From contig JAXLNO010000538.1 of the NCBI GenBank assembly GCA_038087875.1, positions 1 through 34,224 of the forward strand: a stretch of 34,224 nt of DNA, read 5' to 3'. How positions within the stretch are numbered: the first letter of the stretch is position 1; each line of letters opens with the position of its first letter. The translations under genes and the position numbers were made by a program. Below are positions 23,089 to 33,608 of this stretch, in pieces. This DNA is from Malacoraja senta (Eukaryota). The notes beneath the pieces are model-generated. The model searched no databases, was not told the DNA's origin, and saw only the letters and a program-made list of their open reading frames with translations.

Positions 23089-23455
23089 CAGGTCTGCCAC
23101 CCAGCCTGGTACTGCCCCAGTCCCACTATGGCCGTCACCCCCACTCTCCCCACTATGGCAGTCAGTGGGGTTCAGTAAAAGGGGGAACCCAGAGGATCTG
23201 TCCTGACCCTTTAATTAGGCAGGTTCATGTGCCCTTAAAACCTGGGACCTCTGCTGCAGTCTCATTACATTTCATATTAAAGCGACTGGAAGATGCCTTG
23301 CAGGACTGTCCCCCAGCCTGGCACTGCCCCAGTCCCACTATGGCCGTGACCCCCACTCTGCCGGGGGATCAGTAAAGGGAGGAACCCACAAGGACTGCCC
23401 TCACCCATTAATTAGGCTGGTTCAGGAGCAGGACCTCTGCGACAGTGTCATTAAA
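23089..23455. repeat. Imperfect direct duplication inside transposon copy 2
   Basis: cccagcctgg(t/c)actgccccagtcccactatggccgt..cccccactct..cagtaaa..ggaaccca..ttaattaggc occurs at ~23089-23280 and ~23321-23455. Confidence 0.8.
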
Positions 23456-23541
23456 AAAACACACACACAATTATGTTCATCATATTATTTTATATTCTAT
23501 AATTATACTTAATTATATATGATTACAGTCATATTTACAAG

Positions 23542-23574
<33 letters not shown>

Positions 23575-23640
23575 TAAATAATATATAGTTTAAATGGACT
23601 GCAACACGGAAATCGGCTGCCCATGGTGTAATATGGGCAT

Positions 23641-23658
23641 TGGCCACTAGATGGCGGT
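23641..23658 (+). promoter_or_regulatory. CTCF-consensus motif in transposon copy 2
   Basis: tggCCACTAGATGGCGGt. Confidence 0.55.
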
Positions 23659-24359
23659 TACTTTCCCGATCTCATTTTCTAATTAGTTTAATTAATTAAT
23701 GTGCAGCTTTTGGCAATGACGAGTTATGACTTCCTTCTCACTCATATTTCATCTAAATCTGTGGAAAATGTCATGTAGTTCTGTGACCTGGGTCACGAAA
23801 ACCTATTTCTAGACACATTTTTGATGCTCGGCCCACAGCCTAGTTGTACGTAAGGTCATCGGGTCAAAGGGCGTGACGCACGGAGCAGCTCAATCCTTCT
23901 GGAGGACATGGCAGCCTCCGGCATACACTGTTAACACACGAAACGCGTACTTTCCTACCTGTTAAAACCCGTGAAAATTGTCATTTTTTGGCGCTGTAAA
24001 TAATTGTGGAGGGTGATGAGCGCTCTGAACCAAATGCTCCAGTATCTTTGCTCTAACCCGAGCACCAGGGTGTAAGCGCCGAAGGAGCGCATCCCTCGGG
24101 ACAGCCCCCACTCTCCCCACCGTGTCAGCGCAGTCTGGCCACGGCTGCCCTCCGCCCACCCTCCCCTCTGCGGCCGCACTGTCACGGGCTGTGGGTTAGC
24201 AGAGCCCACGCGCGGGGCCGGGTGGAGAGGGCCGCGGCTCCTGTCAGCGGACACATGGGGACGAAAACCCGGCTACGTTCCCGTCATCGGTCGCAGAGTC
24301 GGGGACAGTCTGGTCCCTCCGCTCACCCAGAGTCACTGACCGCGCTGCACCGGCACCCC

Positions 24360-25038
24360 GACCTCTCACCACCCCCCCCTCCAACCACCCCCCTCCTCGA
24401 CCACTACCCCCTACCCCCCCCCCCCCGACCACCACCCTCCCCGACCACCACCCACCCCCCCGACCACCCCCCCACAACCACCCCCCCACCACCACCCAGC
24501 CCACCCCCGCCCACCACCCACCCCCCCCGATCACCCCCCTCCCCGACCACCCCCCTCCCCGACCACTCACCCTCCGACCACCACCCCCCCTCCGACCACC
24601 ACCACCCCCCTCCCCGACCACTCACCCTCCGACCACCATCCCCCCTCCGACCACCACCCCCGCGACCACCACCCACCCCCCGATCACCCCCTCCCCGACC
24701 ACCCACCCCCCCGACCACCACCCACCCCCCCGACCATCACCAACCCCCCCGACCACCACCACCCCCCCCCGACCACCACCACCCCCTCGACCACCACCAC
24801 CCCCCTCCCCGACCACCCCCCTCCCCGACCACTCACCCTCCGACCACCCCCCCTCCGACCACCACCACCCCCCTCCCCGACCACTCACCCTCCGACCACC
24901 ACCACCCCTCCGACCACCACCACCCCTCCGACCACCACCACCCCTCCCCGACCACTCACCCTCCGACCACCACCCCCCCTCCGACCACCACCACCCCCCG
25001 ACCACCACCACCCCCGCGACCACCACCCACCCCCCCCG
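24360..25038. repeat. C-rich low-complexity tandem array (ccgaccacc-based)
   Basis: Repeating cctccgaccaccacc/ccccgaccactcacc units with extreme strand skew. Confidence 0.95.
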
Positions 25039-25552
25039 ATGTTAGACCATTATTATCTTTGTTTATAATAAATAAGGTGCTTAAAAATGCGTATAAAATG
25101 GGCGACAATGCGCAATGAAAGGTCTCTGGACCATATGCATTCTATGATCTTTAGTTTAATCAGTGTTGTGGGGGTACGGTATGTGTGTGTTTCTGTGTGT
25201 GAGTGGCAAGATAGAGATAATATATTTCAAAGTTCCTCATGGATCAGAAGCAACTTTGATTTAAAGCAACTCATGATGTACATGAGCCATTCTCATGATG
25301 TACATAAGCCATAAAGGCAATTATATTTGCCTTCATTTTTTTGCCTATAAGATATAAGGAACATAAGCAATAATATATTTGCCTATATTTTTGCCTATAT
25401 TTATATATTATAAACACGTGTATATATATATTATATATATGATACACACACATATACGAATGTGATATTGATGTATATAATTATATAACACATATATTTC
25501 TCTAGTTTCTTATATATATAAACACATATATTCATTATATATGTATATATTA

Positions 25553-25912
25553 CAGGGCTCTCGCTAAATTTTTTTCCCCTGTTGCCAGCCGGGTAACCTA
25601 GGTTGCCAAACGACCGTTTAGGTGGTCATTTAAGACGGCTTGCATGACACGTGCGATAATGTGCTTGGACGAAGTGCGTAGTTACCAGTCGGAATTATGG
25701 TCAATGAAGCATTCACGTATTATTTCTGCTTCAAATAAAGTCACAAACTAAACATATTCACCAATCAAGACATGATATATACCACAATGACATGCAGCAA
25801 AATTACAATACAGTATCTCATCTCTTTTTACACGTTGCAATGAATGCAATTTCTATTATTTCTTTCCATTTCCAAACAAATTTCTGGTTGGATTATTCAG
25901 CGCATGATCAAC
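25553..25912 (+). mobile_element. Possible end of a hAT-like DNA transposon
   Basis: Abrupt CAGGGCTCTCGCTAA start after an AT-rich tract, repeated gttgcca/ggtaacc subterminal motifs; no partner TIR found. Confidence 0.35.
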
Positions 25913-26265
25913 CTCGGTGAGACCAAGTGCAGGCTTGGCGATCGCTTCGCACAACACCTACACTCAGCTCGCAATAACCAACCGGATCTCCCGGTGGCTC
26001 AGCACTTCAACTCCCCCTCCCATTCCGAATCCGACCTTTCTGTCCTGGGCCTCCTCCATGGCCAGAGTGAGGCCCACCGCATATTGGAGGAGCAGCACCT
26101 CATATTTTGCTTGGGTAGTTTACACCCCAGCGGTATGAACACTGGCTTCTCTAATTTCAGGTAGTCCTTGCTTTCTCCCTCCTTCCCCTCCCGTTCCCAG
26201 CTCTCCCACAGCCTACTGTCCCCGCCTCTTCCTTTCTTTTTCCAGACCACCCCCCCCCATCCGTA

Positions 26266-26305
26266 ATCAGTCTGAAGAAGGGTCTGGACCCGAAACGTCG
26301 ACTAT
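26266..26305 (+). ncRNA. Minimal type I hammerhead ribozyme motif
   Basis: CTGAAGA(26272-26278)-A-GGGTC-TG-GACCC-GAAA-C-GTC; core intact, stem I pairing imperfect. Confidence 0.6.
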
Positions 26306-26320
26306 TCCTTCGCTCCATAA

Positions 26321-26896
26321 ATGCTGCCTTACCCGCAGATTTTCTCCAGCTTTGTCTACCAACGGGATCCCACCACTGGCCACATCTTCCCATCTCCTCC
26401 CCTGTTGGTTTTCCGCAGAGACCGCTCCTTCCGTAACTCCCTGGTCATTTCGTTCCTTCCCACCCAAACCACCCCCTCTCCTGGCACTTTCCCTTGCAAC
26501 TGCAGGAAATGCTACACTTGTCGCTTTACCTCCACCCTTGACTCCATTCAAGGTCCCAAGCCGTCTTTCCAGGTACGGCAGAGGTTCACCTGCACCTCCT
26601 CCAACCTCATCTATTGCATCCGCTGCTCTTGGTGTCAGCTGCTCTACATCGGTGAGACCAAGCATAGGTTTGGCGATCGCTTTGCCCAACACCTCCGCTT
26701 GGTTCGCAATAACCAACCTGATCTCCCGGTGGCTCAGCTCTTCAACTCCCCCTCCCATTCCGAATCTGACTTTCTGTCCTGGGCCTCCTCCATGGCCAGA
26801 GTGAGGCCCACCGTAAATTGGAGGAGCAGCACCTCATATTTTGCTTGGGCAGTTTACACCCCAGCATTATGCAAATTGACCTACAATTTCAGGTAG
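26321..26896 (+). pseudogene. Penelope GIY-YIG endonuclease fragment
   Basis: CNCRKCYTC, FTCTSSNLIYCIRC..CQLLYIGETKHRFGDRFAQH..PVAQLFN; frameshift near the end. Confidence 0.9.
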
Positions 26897-27079
26897 TCCC
26901 TGCTTTCTCCTCCGCTTCCCAGCTCTCCATCAGCCCACTGTCTCTGCCTCTTCCTTTCTTCTTCCCACCCCCTTCACCCTCATATCAGTTTGAAGAAGGG
27001 TCTCGACCCAAAACGTCGCCTATTTCCTTCGCTCCATAGATGCTGCCTCACCCGCTGAGTTTCTCCAGCATTTTGTCTC

Positions 27080-27300
27080 CCCATTCACACAAGTTCTGTT
27101 ATCCCACTTTCCTCACCCACTCCCTGCACGTTAGGGGCAATTTTACAGAGACAAGTTAACCTACAAAGCCAATGCGTCTTTGGGATGTGGGAGGAAACCT
27201 ACACGCTTGCAGGGAGAATGTGCAAATTCAACACAGACAGTGCCAGAGCACAGGATCGAACACAGATCCTTGGCGTGTGAGGCAGGAAGTCCACCAGCTG
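27080..27300 (-). mobile_element. HE1/V-type SINE fragment
   Basis: taggggcaattttaca, tgtgggaggaaacc, gggagaatgtgcaaa, caggatcgaac. Confidence 0.7.
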
Positions 27301-27339
27301 TGGACTTACTTTCGCATTGAAAATTAAAAAAATTAAACC

Positions 27340-27982
27340 GTTTTCGGTCGCCTCCTTGACGGAGAGGCGACTTTTTCCATGTCGCCTCCCTCGCGGCCTA
27401 ACAGCTTGGATTGGAGCGGCCTTCCCCGGAGTCAGGCCGGAGCATCAGCAGCAGGCGCAGCATGGACTTTTCCATCACGGAGCGGGCAAACCCTTGCCAG
27501 GGGTCGCCAAAAAGGAGTGCTCCAATCGCTGGCCTGGTGACTTTGGCATCATGGGGCTGTCGTTTGCGGAGCTTCTAGTCGCGGGCGTAGCGTGGACTTA
27601 CCATCCGAAGTCTGTAATCCCTGCGGCCTATAACATCCTGAAGCCGCGGTCTACGGTAGGAAAGTGCCGATTCGGGACCTCCAAGCCACGGAGTGTGTTT
27701 GACCATCCCGACGTCGGAGTTTTGATCATCCCGACGAGAGGGCCTGTACATTCGGCCGTCCGTAGCAGTGACTACGGAGGGTTTATGGCCCCAACCATGG
27801 GTGAACAAAGGAGGAGGACTGGCTGAACCTTGTTGCCTTCCACCACAGTGAACAATGCTGTGGTGGATGTTTGTGTTAAATCATATTGTGTATTGTGTGT
27901 TTTTTAAGTGTAGTGCTGCTGGCAAATTCATTTCACTGCACCTTCGGGTGCATGTGACGAATAAAATTGACTCTGACTTTGG
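27340..27982 (+). mobile_element. CpG-rich non-autonomous retroposon with Rex1-like tail
   Basis: 5' gtcgcctcc..ggagaggcgac hairpin; tail stem-loop tgcacc-ttcg-ggtgca, aataaa, (tgact)n. Confidence 0.65.
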
Positions 27983-28176
27983 TACTTTTAGGCAGCAACT
28001 TTAAGGCCAATGTACTGCCCCATAGTCTTCAACTGAATTAAAACACACAGTAGCTGTAAAGGGGGATGCAGAGTGACTTAGAGATTTAAGACTGAAAATG
28101 GATAGTTTATTTTGGTTATTTGTTAGTAACCAAAGTTACCAACGCATATTTTTTTGCGCATTGGAATCAAGAAATA

Positions 28177-28296
28177 GTGGCACAGCTGGTAGAGTTGCTG
28201 CCTCACATGTCAGAGATAGAACTAGTGTGAATGGGTGATTGATGGTCAGCATGGACTTGGTGGGCCGAAGGGCCTGTTTCCATGCTAAATCTCTAA
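28177..28296 (+). mobile_element. Internally deleted HE1/V-type SINE (head fused to tail)
   Basis: gtggcacagctggtagagttgctgcctcac joined to ggtgggccgaagggcctgtttcc. Confidence 0.7.
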
Positions 28297-28477
28297 TGGA
28301 TATATGCAAGAGACCAAAGTATGAAGATGCACTGAAAACCTAGAGGGCTGAAAGATTGGAGGAGGCAGCGTGAATGGCAAAATTCATGTTTCTTTTTAAT
28401 CTACTCTGACAACCACTGGTTAGGTGTATAAATCAAACTGTTTCCTGATTTTAGTTTTGATTCTGACAGATTTTTGA

Positions 28478-28702
28478 TGCACACACACATGCAAAGTGCA
28501 CACACGGCTGATTGCATACACACATGGACACACACATGGTCACACACGTATGTTGGATGCATCCGTACACGCATACACTTAACATACACACATGTGACAC
28601 ACACAGGGCAGAGTGACAGTTCGTTATCAATGGTGATCGATATATGGCAGTGTTCATTGGGTGCATCTGTACACACTCAGACACACAAGCGTAACACACA
28701 CG
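28478..28702. repeat. Degenerate (CA)n tract
   Basis: Direct reading. Confidence 0.85.
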
Positions 28703-28822
28703 TGGGTATGAAGAGAAAGCAACTTAGATCCTGATTCCTGGGATCGCGGTGAATCACTGACTGGGCACGGCTCCCACTGTCTGTCGGTCAGTCAGATCTG
28801 AAATCAGTTCTTGTGCACATCT

Positions 28823-28875
28823 TCAACTTGCCTCGGTGGCTGGAGACGACGATTCTTGCTGTGTTGCACCAGTCA
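28823..28875 (-). CDS. Candidate last coding exon of the SWIM-finger gene
   Basis: Acceptor ctcactcgttgtgttcctttgatttcag; phase fits donor AATG|GTTTGT at 32758/32757, giving ..GIN-V-TGATQQESSSPATEAS*; minus-strand AATAAA at 28106-28111. Confidence 0.35.
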
Positions 28876-29139
28876 CTGAAATCAAAGGAACACAACGAGT
28901 GAGTGATGATGGAAGGGGCACAACAATGTAAGCCGAGAGGGAAACAGACAGTAATAAATTACTGGGGGACGCACATAGTAATGTGTCCAGAGTACACCAG
29001 GGAGTAAAGGTTGTCATGGTGCAAAACGGTCAAACAATATTTGAGGAAACATACAGTAATAAATCATGATAAAGGGCTCGGTAAGTCCTGCTGAGTTACT
29101 CCAGCATGTTGTGTCTATCTTCGGTCAATAAGTATCAGA

Positions 29140-30850
29140 GGGCCTGTCTATCAGTGGAAAGGGAATGTTCTGAAAGATAAAATGGTGAGAGGGGCAAAGT
29201 TTCAAGGAGATGTGCGAGGCAAGTTTTTCTTCTTGTTTTCATTTTACACGGAAGATGCTGAGTGTCTGGAACAGGCAAGGGTGGTGAATCTGTGGAATTC
29301 TTGGCCATAGAAGGCTGTGGAGCCAAAGTCAGTGGATATATTTAAGGCAGAGATAGATAGATTCTTGATTAGTGCGGGTGTCAGAGGTTGTGGGAGATTT
29401 CAATATGCAGGTAGACTGGGAAAATCAGGTTGGTACTGGACCCCAAGAAAGGGAGTTTGCAGGGTGCCTCCAAGATGGATTCTTAGAGCAGCTTGTACTG
29501 GATCCTACCAGGGAGAAGGCAATTCTGGATTTAGTGTTGTGTAATGATTTGATAAGGGAACTCAGGGTAAAGGAACCATTAGGAAGTAGTGACCATAACA
29601 TGATGTTTAAATCTACAATTTGAGAGGGAGAAGGTAAAATCAGAAATGTCAGTATTGCAGTTGAACAAAGGGGACTATGGAGGCAGGCGGGAGGAGTTGG
29701 CCAAAGTTGACTGGATAGGGATAGGTTGGGTGAGTGGGGAGATGCATGGCAGATGCAGTATAATGTGGACAAATGTGAGGTTATCCACTTTGGTGGCAAG
29801 AACAAGGCAGATTATTATCTGAATGGTGTCAGATTAGGAAAAGGGGAAGTGCAACAAGACCTGGGTGTCCTTGTACATCAGTCACTGAAAGTAAACTTGC
29901 AGGTACAGCAGGCAGTGAAGAAAGTTAATGGCATGTTGGCCTTCATAACGAGAGGATTTGAGTAAGAGCAAAGAGGTTCTTCTGCAGTTGTGCAGGGCAT
30001 TGGTGAGACCACACCTGGAGTATTGTGTGCAGCTTTGGTCCCCTAATTTGAGGAAGGACATTCTTGCTATTGAGGGAGTGCAGCATAGGTTCACGAGGTT
30101 AATTCCCAGGATTGTGGGACTGTCATATGATGAAAGAATGGAACGACTGGGCTTGTATTCACTGGAATTTAGGATGAGAAGGGATCTTACAGAAACACAT
30201 AAAATTATTGAGCGATTGGACAAGCTAGATGCAGGAAACATGTTCCCGATGTTGGGGGAGTCCAGAAACAGGGACCTCAGCTTAAGAATAAGTGGTAGGC
30301 CATGTAGAAGTGAGATGTGGAGAAACATTTTCACACAAGAGTTGTGAATTTGTGGAATTCTCTGCCTCAGAAGGGAGTGGAGGCCGATTCACTGGATGCA
30401 TTCAAAAGAGAGTTGGATAGAGCTCAGGGCTAGCGGAATCAAGGGATATGGAGAGAAGGCAGGAACAGGGTACTGATTGTGGATGATCAACCATTGAATG
30501 GCGGTGCTGGCTCGAAGGGCCGAATGGCCAACTCCTGCACCTATTTTCTATGTTATGGGGAGAAGGCAGGAGAATGGGGTTAGGAGGGGGAGATGAATCA
30601 GCCATGATTGAATGGCGGAGTAGACTTGATGGGACAAATGGCCTAATTCCACTCATTTAGCTTATTATCTTCTGAACCATATGTGGCGGTAGAGGCAGAT
30701 GTGATCGTGGTGTTTACGAGGTAGTAGATAGGCACATGGATATGCATAGAATGGAGAGATTTGGATTATGTACAGACAGATGAGAATAGCTAATCTTGGC
30801 CTTGCGTCTGGCAGTGTGGACGTAAAGGCCTGTTCCTGTGCTGTACAGAT
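29140..30850 (+). mobile_element. Cluster of CR1/HER LINE fragments (3' pieces, endonuclease end fused to RT end, several tails)
   Basis: GDFN..DW, PTREKAILDLVL, PLGSSDH, WQMQYNVDKCEVIHFG, DLGVLVH, ALVRPHLEYCVQLWSP. Confidence 0.9.
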
Positions 30851-31011
30851 AAATGTTCACAACCTATGCAGTCTAGTTTTAGTACAGCAGTCAACAGACC
30901 CTGACTATCTCCCCTATCTATGTCCCTCATAAAGCTATAAACCACAACCTCACAGCTTTGATTCCCACCGCAACAGCCCAGACCTCACTCCGCTGGCAAG
31001 GTTATCTTTAA

Positions 31012-31212
31012 ATACAAGGAACAGCAGATGCTGGTTTACAGCAATAGCAACAAAATGCTTGAGTATCTCAGCAAGTCAGGCAGTATCTCTGAAGGAGAGC
31101 ATGAGGCAACATTTGCGTTGGGACCCTGCAGACTGATTGTGGTAGAGGGAGGGGAGAAGGCTGAAAGAGAGGTGGGGCTGGGACAAAGTCTGGCAAGTGA
31201 CAAGTGGATATA
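31012..31212 (-). mobile_element. Penelope pseudo-LTR remnant
   Basis: caaaatgcttgagtatctcagcaagtcaggcagtatctctg resembles 5206-5246. Confidence 0.6.
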
Positions 31213-31277
31213 TACCACATCCAGGTGGGCAAGAGAGGTGGGTATTTGTCTCACCCCATGACACAACATTCATGGGG

Positions 31278-31575
31278 ACACACCATCCCCTCCATGACAC
31301 ACTGGTAAACCTGAGGAGCACCTTCAGCAACAGACTGGTTCCACTAAGATGCAGTACAGAACGCCACAGGAGATCCTTCTTCCCTGTGGCTATAAAACTG
31401 TACAACTCCTCCCCCTTCTCTTGTGGGGTAGACTGACTCCCCTCCCCAATATCTGCACATCGCCAATCCTTTCCACTCATCACTTTAATTCCATGTTTCA
31501 TGTATCTTGTGTTTTATGAATGTTGGTAGATCAATTTCCCTCATGGGATACATAAAAGTTCTATCGTATCGCATC
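31278..31575 (+). mobile_element. Rex1-type LINE 3' fragment
   Basis: HPLHDTL..RSTFSNRL..RCSTERHRRSFFPVAIKLYN; tail (tatcg)n. Confidence 0.75.
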
Positions 31576-31599
31576 ATCCAGCTTGCTTCACCCTACAAC

Positions 31600-31700
31600 A
31601 ATTAGTATGAAGGGTCTTGACCCGAAATGTCACCTATCCACGTCCTCCAGAGATGCTGCCTGATCCGCTGAGTTACTCCAGCATTTAGTGTCCACTTTTT
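31600..31700 (+). mobile_element. Penelope pseudo-LTR end
   Basis: gaagggtcttgacccgaaatgtcacc..agagatgctgcc..ccgctgagttactccagca. Confidence 0.65.
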
Positions 31701-31707
31701 ACAGTAT

Positions 31708-32712
31708 TTCCCTGAAAGTGGCAACACATGTGGAGAGAGTGGTCAAGAAGGCATATGGTCTGCTTGCTTTCATGGGTCATGGGTGCATTGACTATAACAG
31801 TCAGGAAGTCATGATGCATCTTTATAGGACTTTGGTTTAGGCTGCATTTGGAGTATTGCATCCAGTTCTGGTTGCCCCATTATAGGAAGTATTTGGAAGC
31901 TTTGGAGAGAGAGCAGGAGGTTTGCCAGAATATTTTGCCTGGATTAGGTGGCATTAGCTACAGGGAGAAGTTGGACATACTTGGATTGTTTCCTCTGGAA
32001 TGCCGGAGGTTGCGGAGAGACCTAATAGAGGTTTGTAAAATGATGAAAGGCATAGATGGGGTGGAGAGTCAGGATCCTTCTCCCAGAATTTAAAAAAATC
32101 AAATACTAGAGGGCATTGCATTAAAGTGAAAAGGGTAGAGTTTAAAGGAAATGTGCGGGGCAAGTTTCCTTTTACACAGAGGGCGGTGAGTGCCTGGAAC
32201 GTGCTGCCAGGGGTGGAAGTTGAAGCAGATACAATAGTGGCATTTGAAAGACTTTTAGATAGGCACATGGATATGCATGAAATGGGGAGATATGGATTAT
32301 ATGGCGCAATGGGCTAAGTGTTCGGCTGGCAACCGGAAGGTAGCCGGTTCGAATCCCGCTTGGAGTGCATACTGTCCTTGGGCAAGACACTTCACCCACC
32401 TTTGCTTGTGTGTGAATGTGTGTGAGTGATTGGTGGTGGTCGGAGGGGCCGTAGGCGCAGATTAGCAGCCACGCTTCCGTCAGTCTGCCCCAGGGCAGCT
32501 GTGGCTACAGAAGTAGCTCACCACCACCAAGTGTGACTGAGGAGTGAATGAATAATGCGATGTAAAGCGCCTTGAGTATTAGAAAGGCGCTATATAAATC
32601 CCATCCATTATTATTATTATTATATGCAGGTAGATAACCAACCGATGGTCTTGGCATCATGTTCATTGTGTGCTGAAGGGCCTGTTCTTGTGCTGTACTG
32701 CTCCATGTTTTG
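31708..32712 (+). mobile_element. CR1/HER LINE 3' portion split by a SINE
   Basis: EYCIQFWLPHYRK, LECRRLRRDLIEV, FTQRAVSAWNVLP; tail resumes after 32626. Confidence 0.85.
32304..32618 (+). mobile_element. tRNA-derived CORE-type SINE with L2 tail (AFC-like)
   Basis: A box tggcgcaatgg, B box ggttcgaatccc, core gtccttgggcaagacactt, L2 tail tgtaaagcgccttgag..aaggcgctatataaat (att)n; attatatg duplicated at 32296-32303 and 32619-32626. Confidence 0.85.
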
Positions 32713-32749
32713 TGTGTATCTTTGCTTCACTCTCTCTGAGACTGCGTCG

Positions 32750-33608
32750 CTACAAACCATTGATTCCGGTGACTTGCACCTGGCCACCTCTGGCCCAGAT
32801 GTCGGTGACGGCCGTCATGACCGCCAGGCACCTGCCAAAGTCTTCGGCCGGACACCGGGTGGCGAGGGAGGAGAGTTTGTGAGCTACCTTGAAGGCCTGG
32901 CGGTATCGCTCCTGCTGCACCTTGTCCCGCTCCCTCAGTGACGCGGGCGGGAGCTGACCGCCGAGGAAGTGCTCCTGTGTCCAGCGCCCGGCGCAGAGCG
33001 AGGGCTCGAAGAGGTCGGAGCCCAGCCGCCGCCGGAGAGCCAGGACGTGCCGGCAGGGGAGCCTCATGGAGGTGTGGAAGGTGCACTGGCAGCTGGACTG
33101 GTCCGTCACGAGGACCCGGCGCCTGCACACGGGCCAGGCCCTCTCGGCCTCCACACTGAGGAAGGAGACCCACTCCGCTTCCTCCAGCTCCCTCCGCACC
33201 CGGCGGAAGGCAAAGTCGGTGAGCAGCTCCCGGTAGAAAGACTCGGCGGAGTTGTCCTGCGGCCCTGCAGGAGGCGCTCTCTGCAACACCCGCTGGTCAC
33301 ACACGGCCCGCACCGTGTCCACGGCCTTCAGGAGGTCCCGGGTGAACGAGGTCACGTCGGAGAAGTCCTTGACCGCGGCCGCCAGCCTCTGGCTCAGCGC
33401 CTGCACCCGCTGAAGGGTGCTGGTGAGGTAGCTCTCGTTCTCGTGCTTGAAGCCCTCCACCCACTGGCGGCGGGACCCGTGCCACGTCTTGTGGAAGTAG
33501 TCGACGGCGCTCTCCGCGTTGGAGTCCAGCAGCTGCCGGTACAGCAGGTCGTAGTCCTCAGTCGACGTCGCGTAACACATACTGTGCAGGATCTGCAGCA
33601 GCTGGCTC
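32750..33608 (-). CDS. Exon of a SWIM zinc-finger, MULE-transposase-derived protein (ZSWIM3-like)
   Basis: Strong acceptor (cctcttccctttcttcccgccag), uninterrupted ~286-codon frame with GC-rich third positions, YF..TW....QW motif, SWIM CQCTFHTSMRLPCRH at 33091-33047. Confidence 0.85.

Larger units (their letters stand above)
20794..23842 (+). mobile_element. Non-autonomous DNA transposon, Academ-like, copy 2 (longer)
   Basis: Same TIRs and same left (~600 bp) and right (~290 bp) ends as 13021-15037; retains remnants of first and last exons. Confidence 0.82.
25914..27078 (+). mobile_element. Penelope-like element, partial tandem (two 3' ends, each with a pseudo-LTR)
   Basis: 25914-26358 repeats 26649-27078; GIY-YIG coding sequence; hammerhead-like cores. 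Confidence 0.9.

Noticed and set aside
24222..25118. 298-aa Pro/His-rich extensin-like ORF
   Set aside because: Low-complexity C-rich array is open in several frames; no codon-position bias or splice context
32304..32360. tRNA gene (also the heads at 1091, 4615 and 33656)
   Set aside because: A/B boxes run into SINE bodies; no complete cloverleaf or terminator
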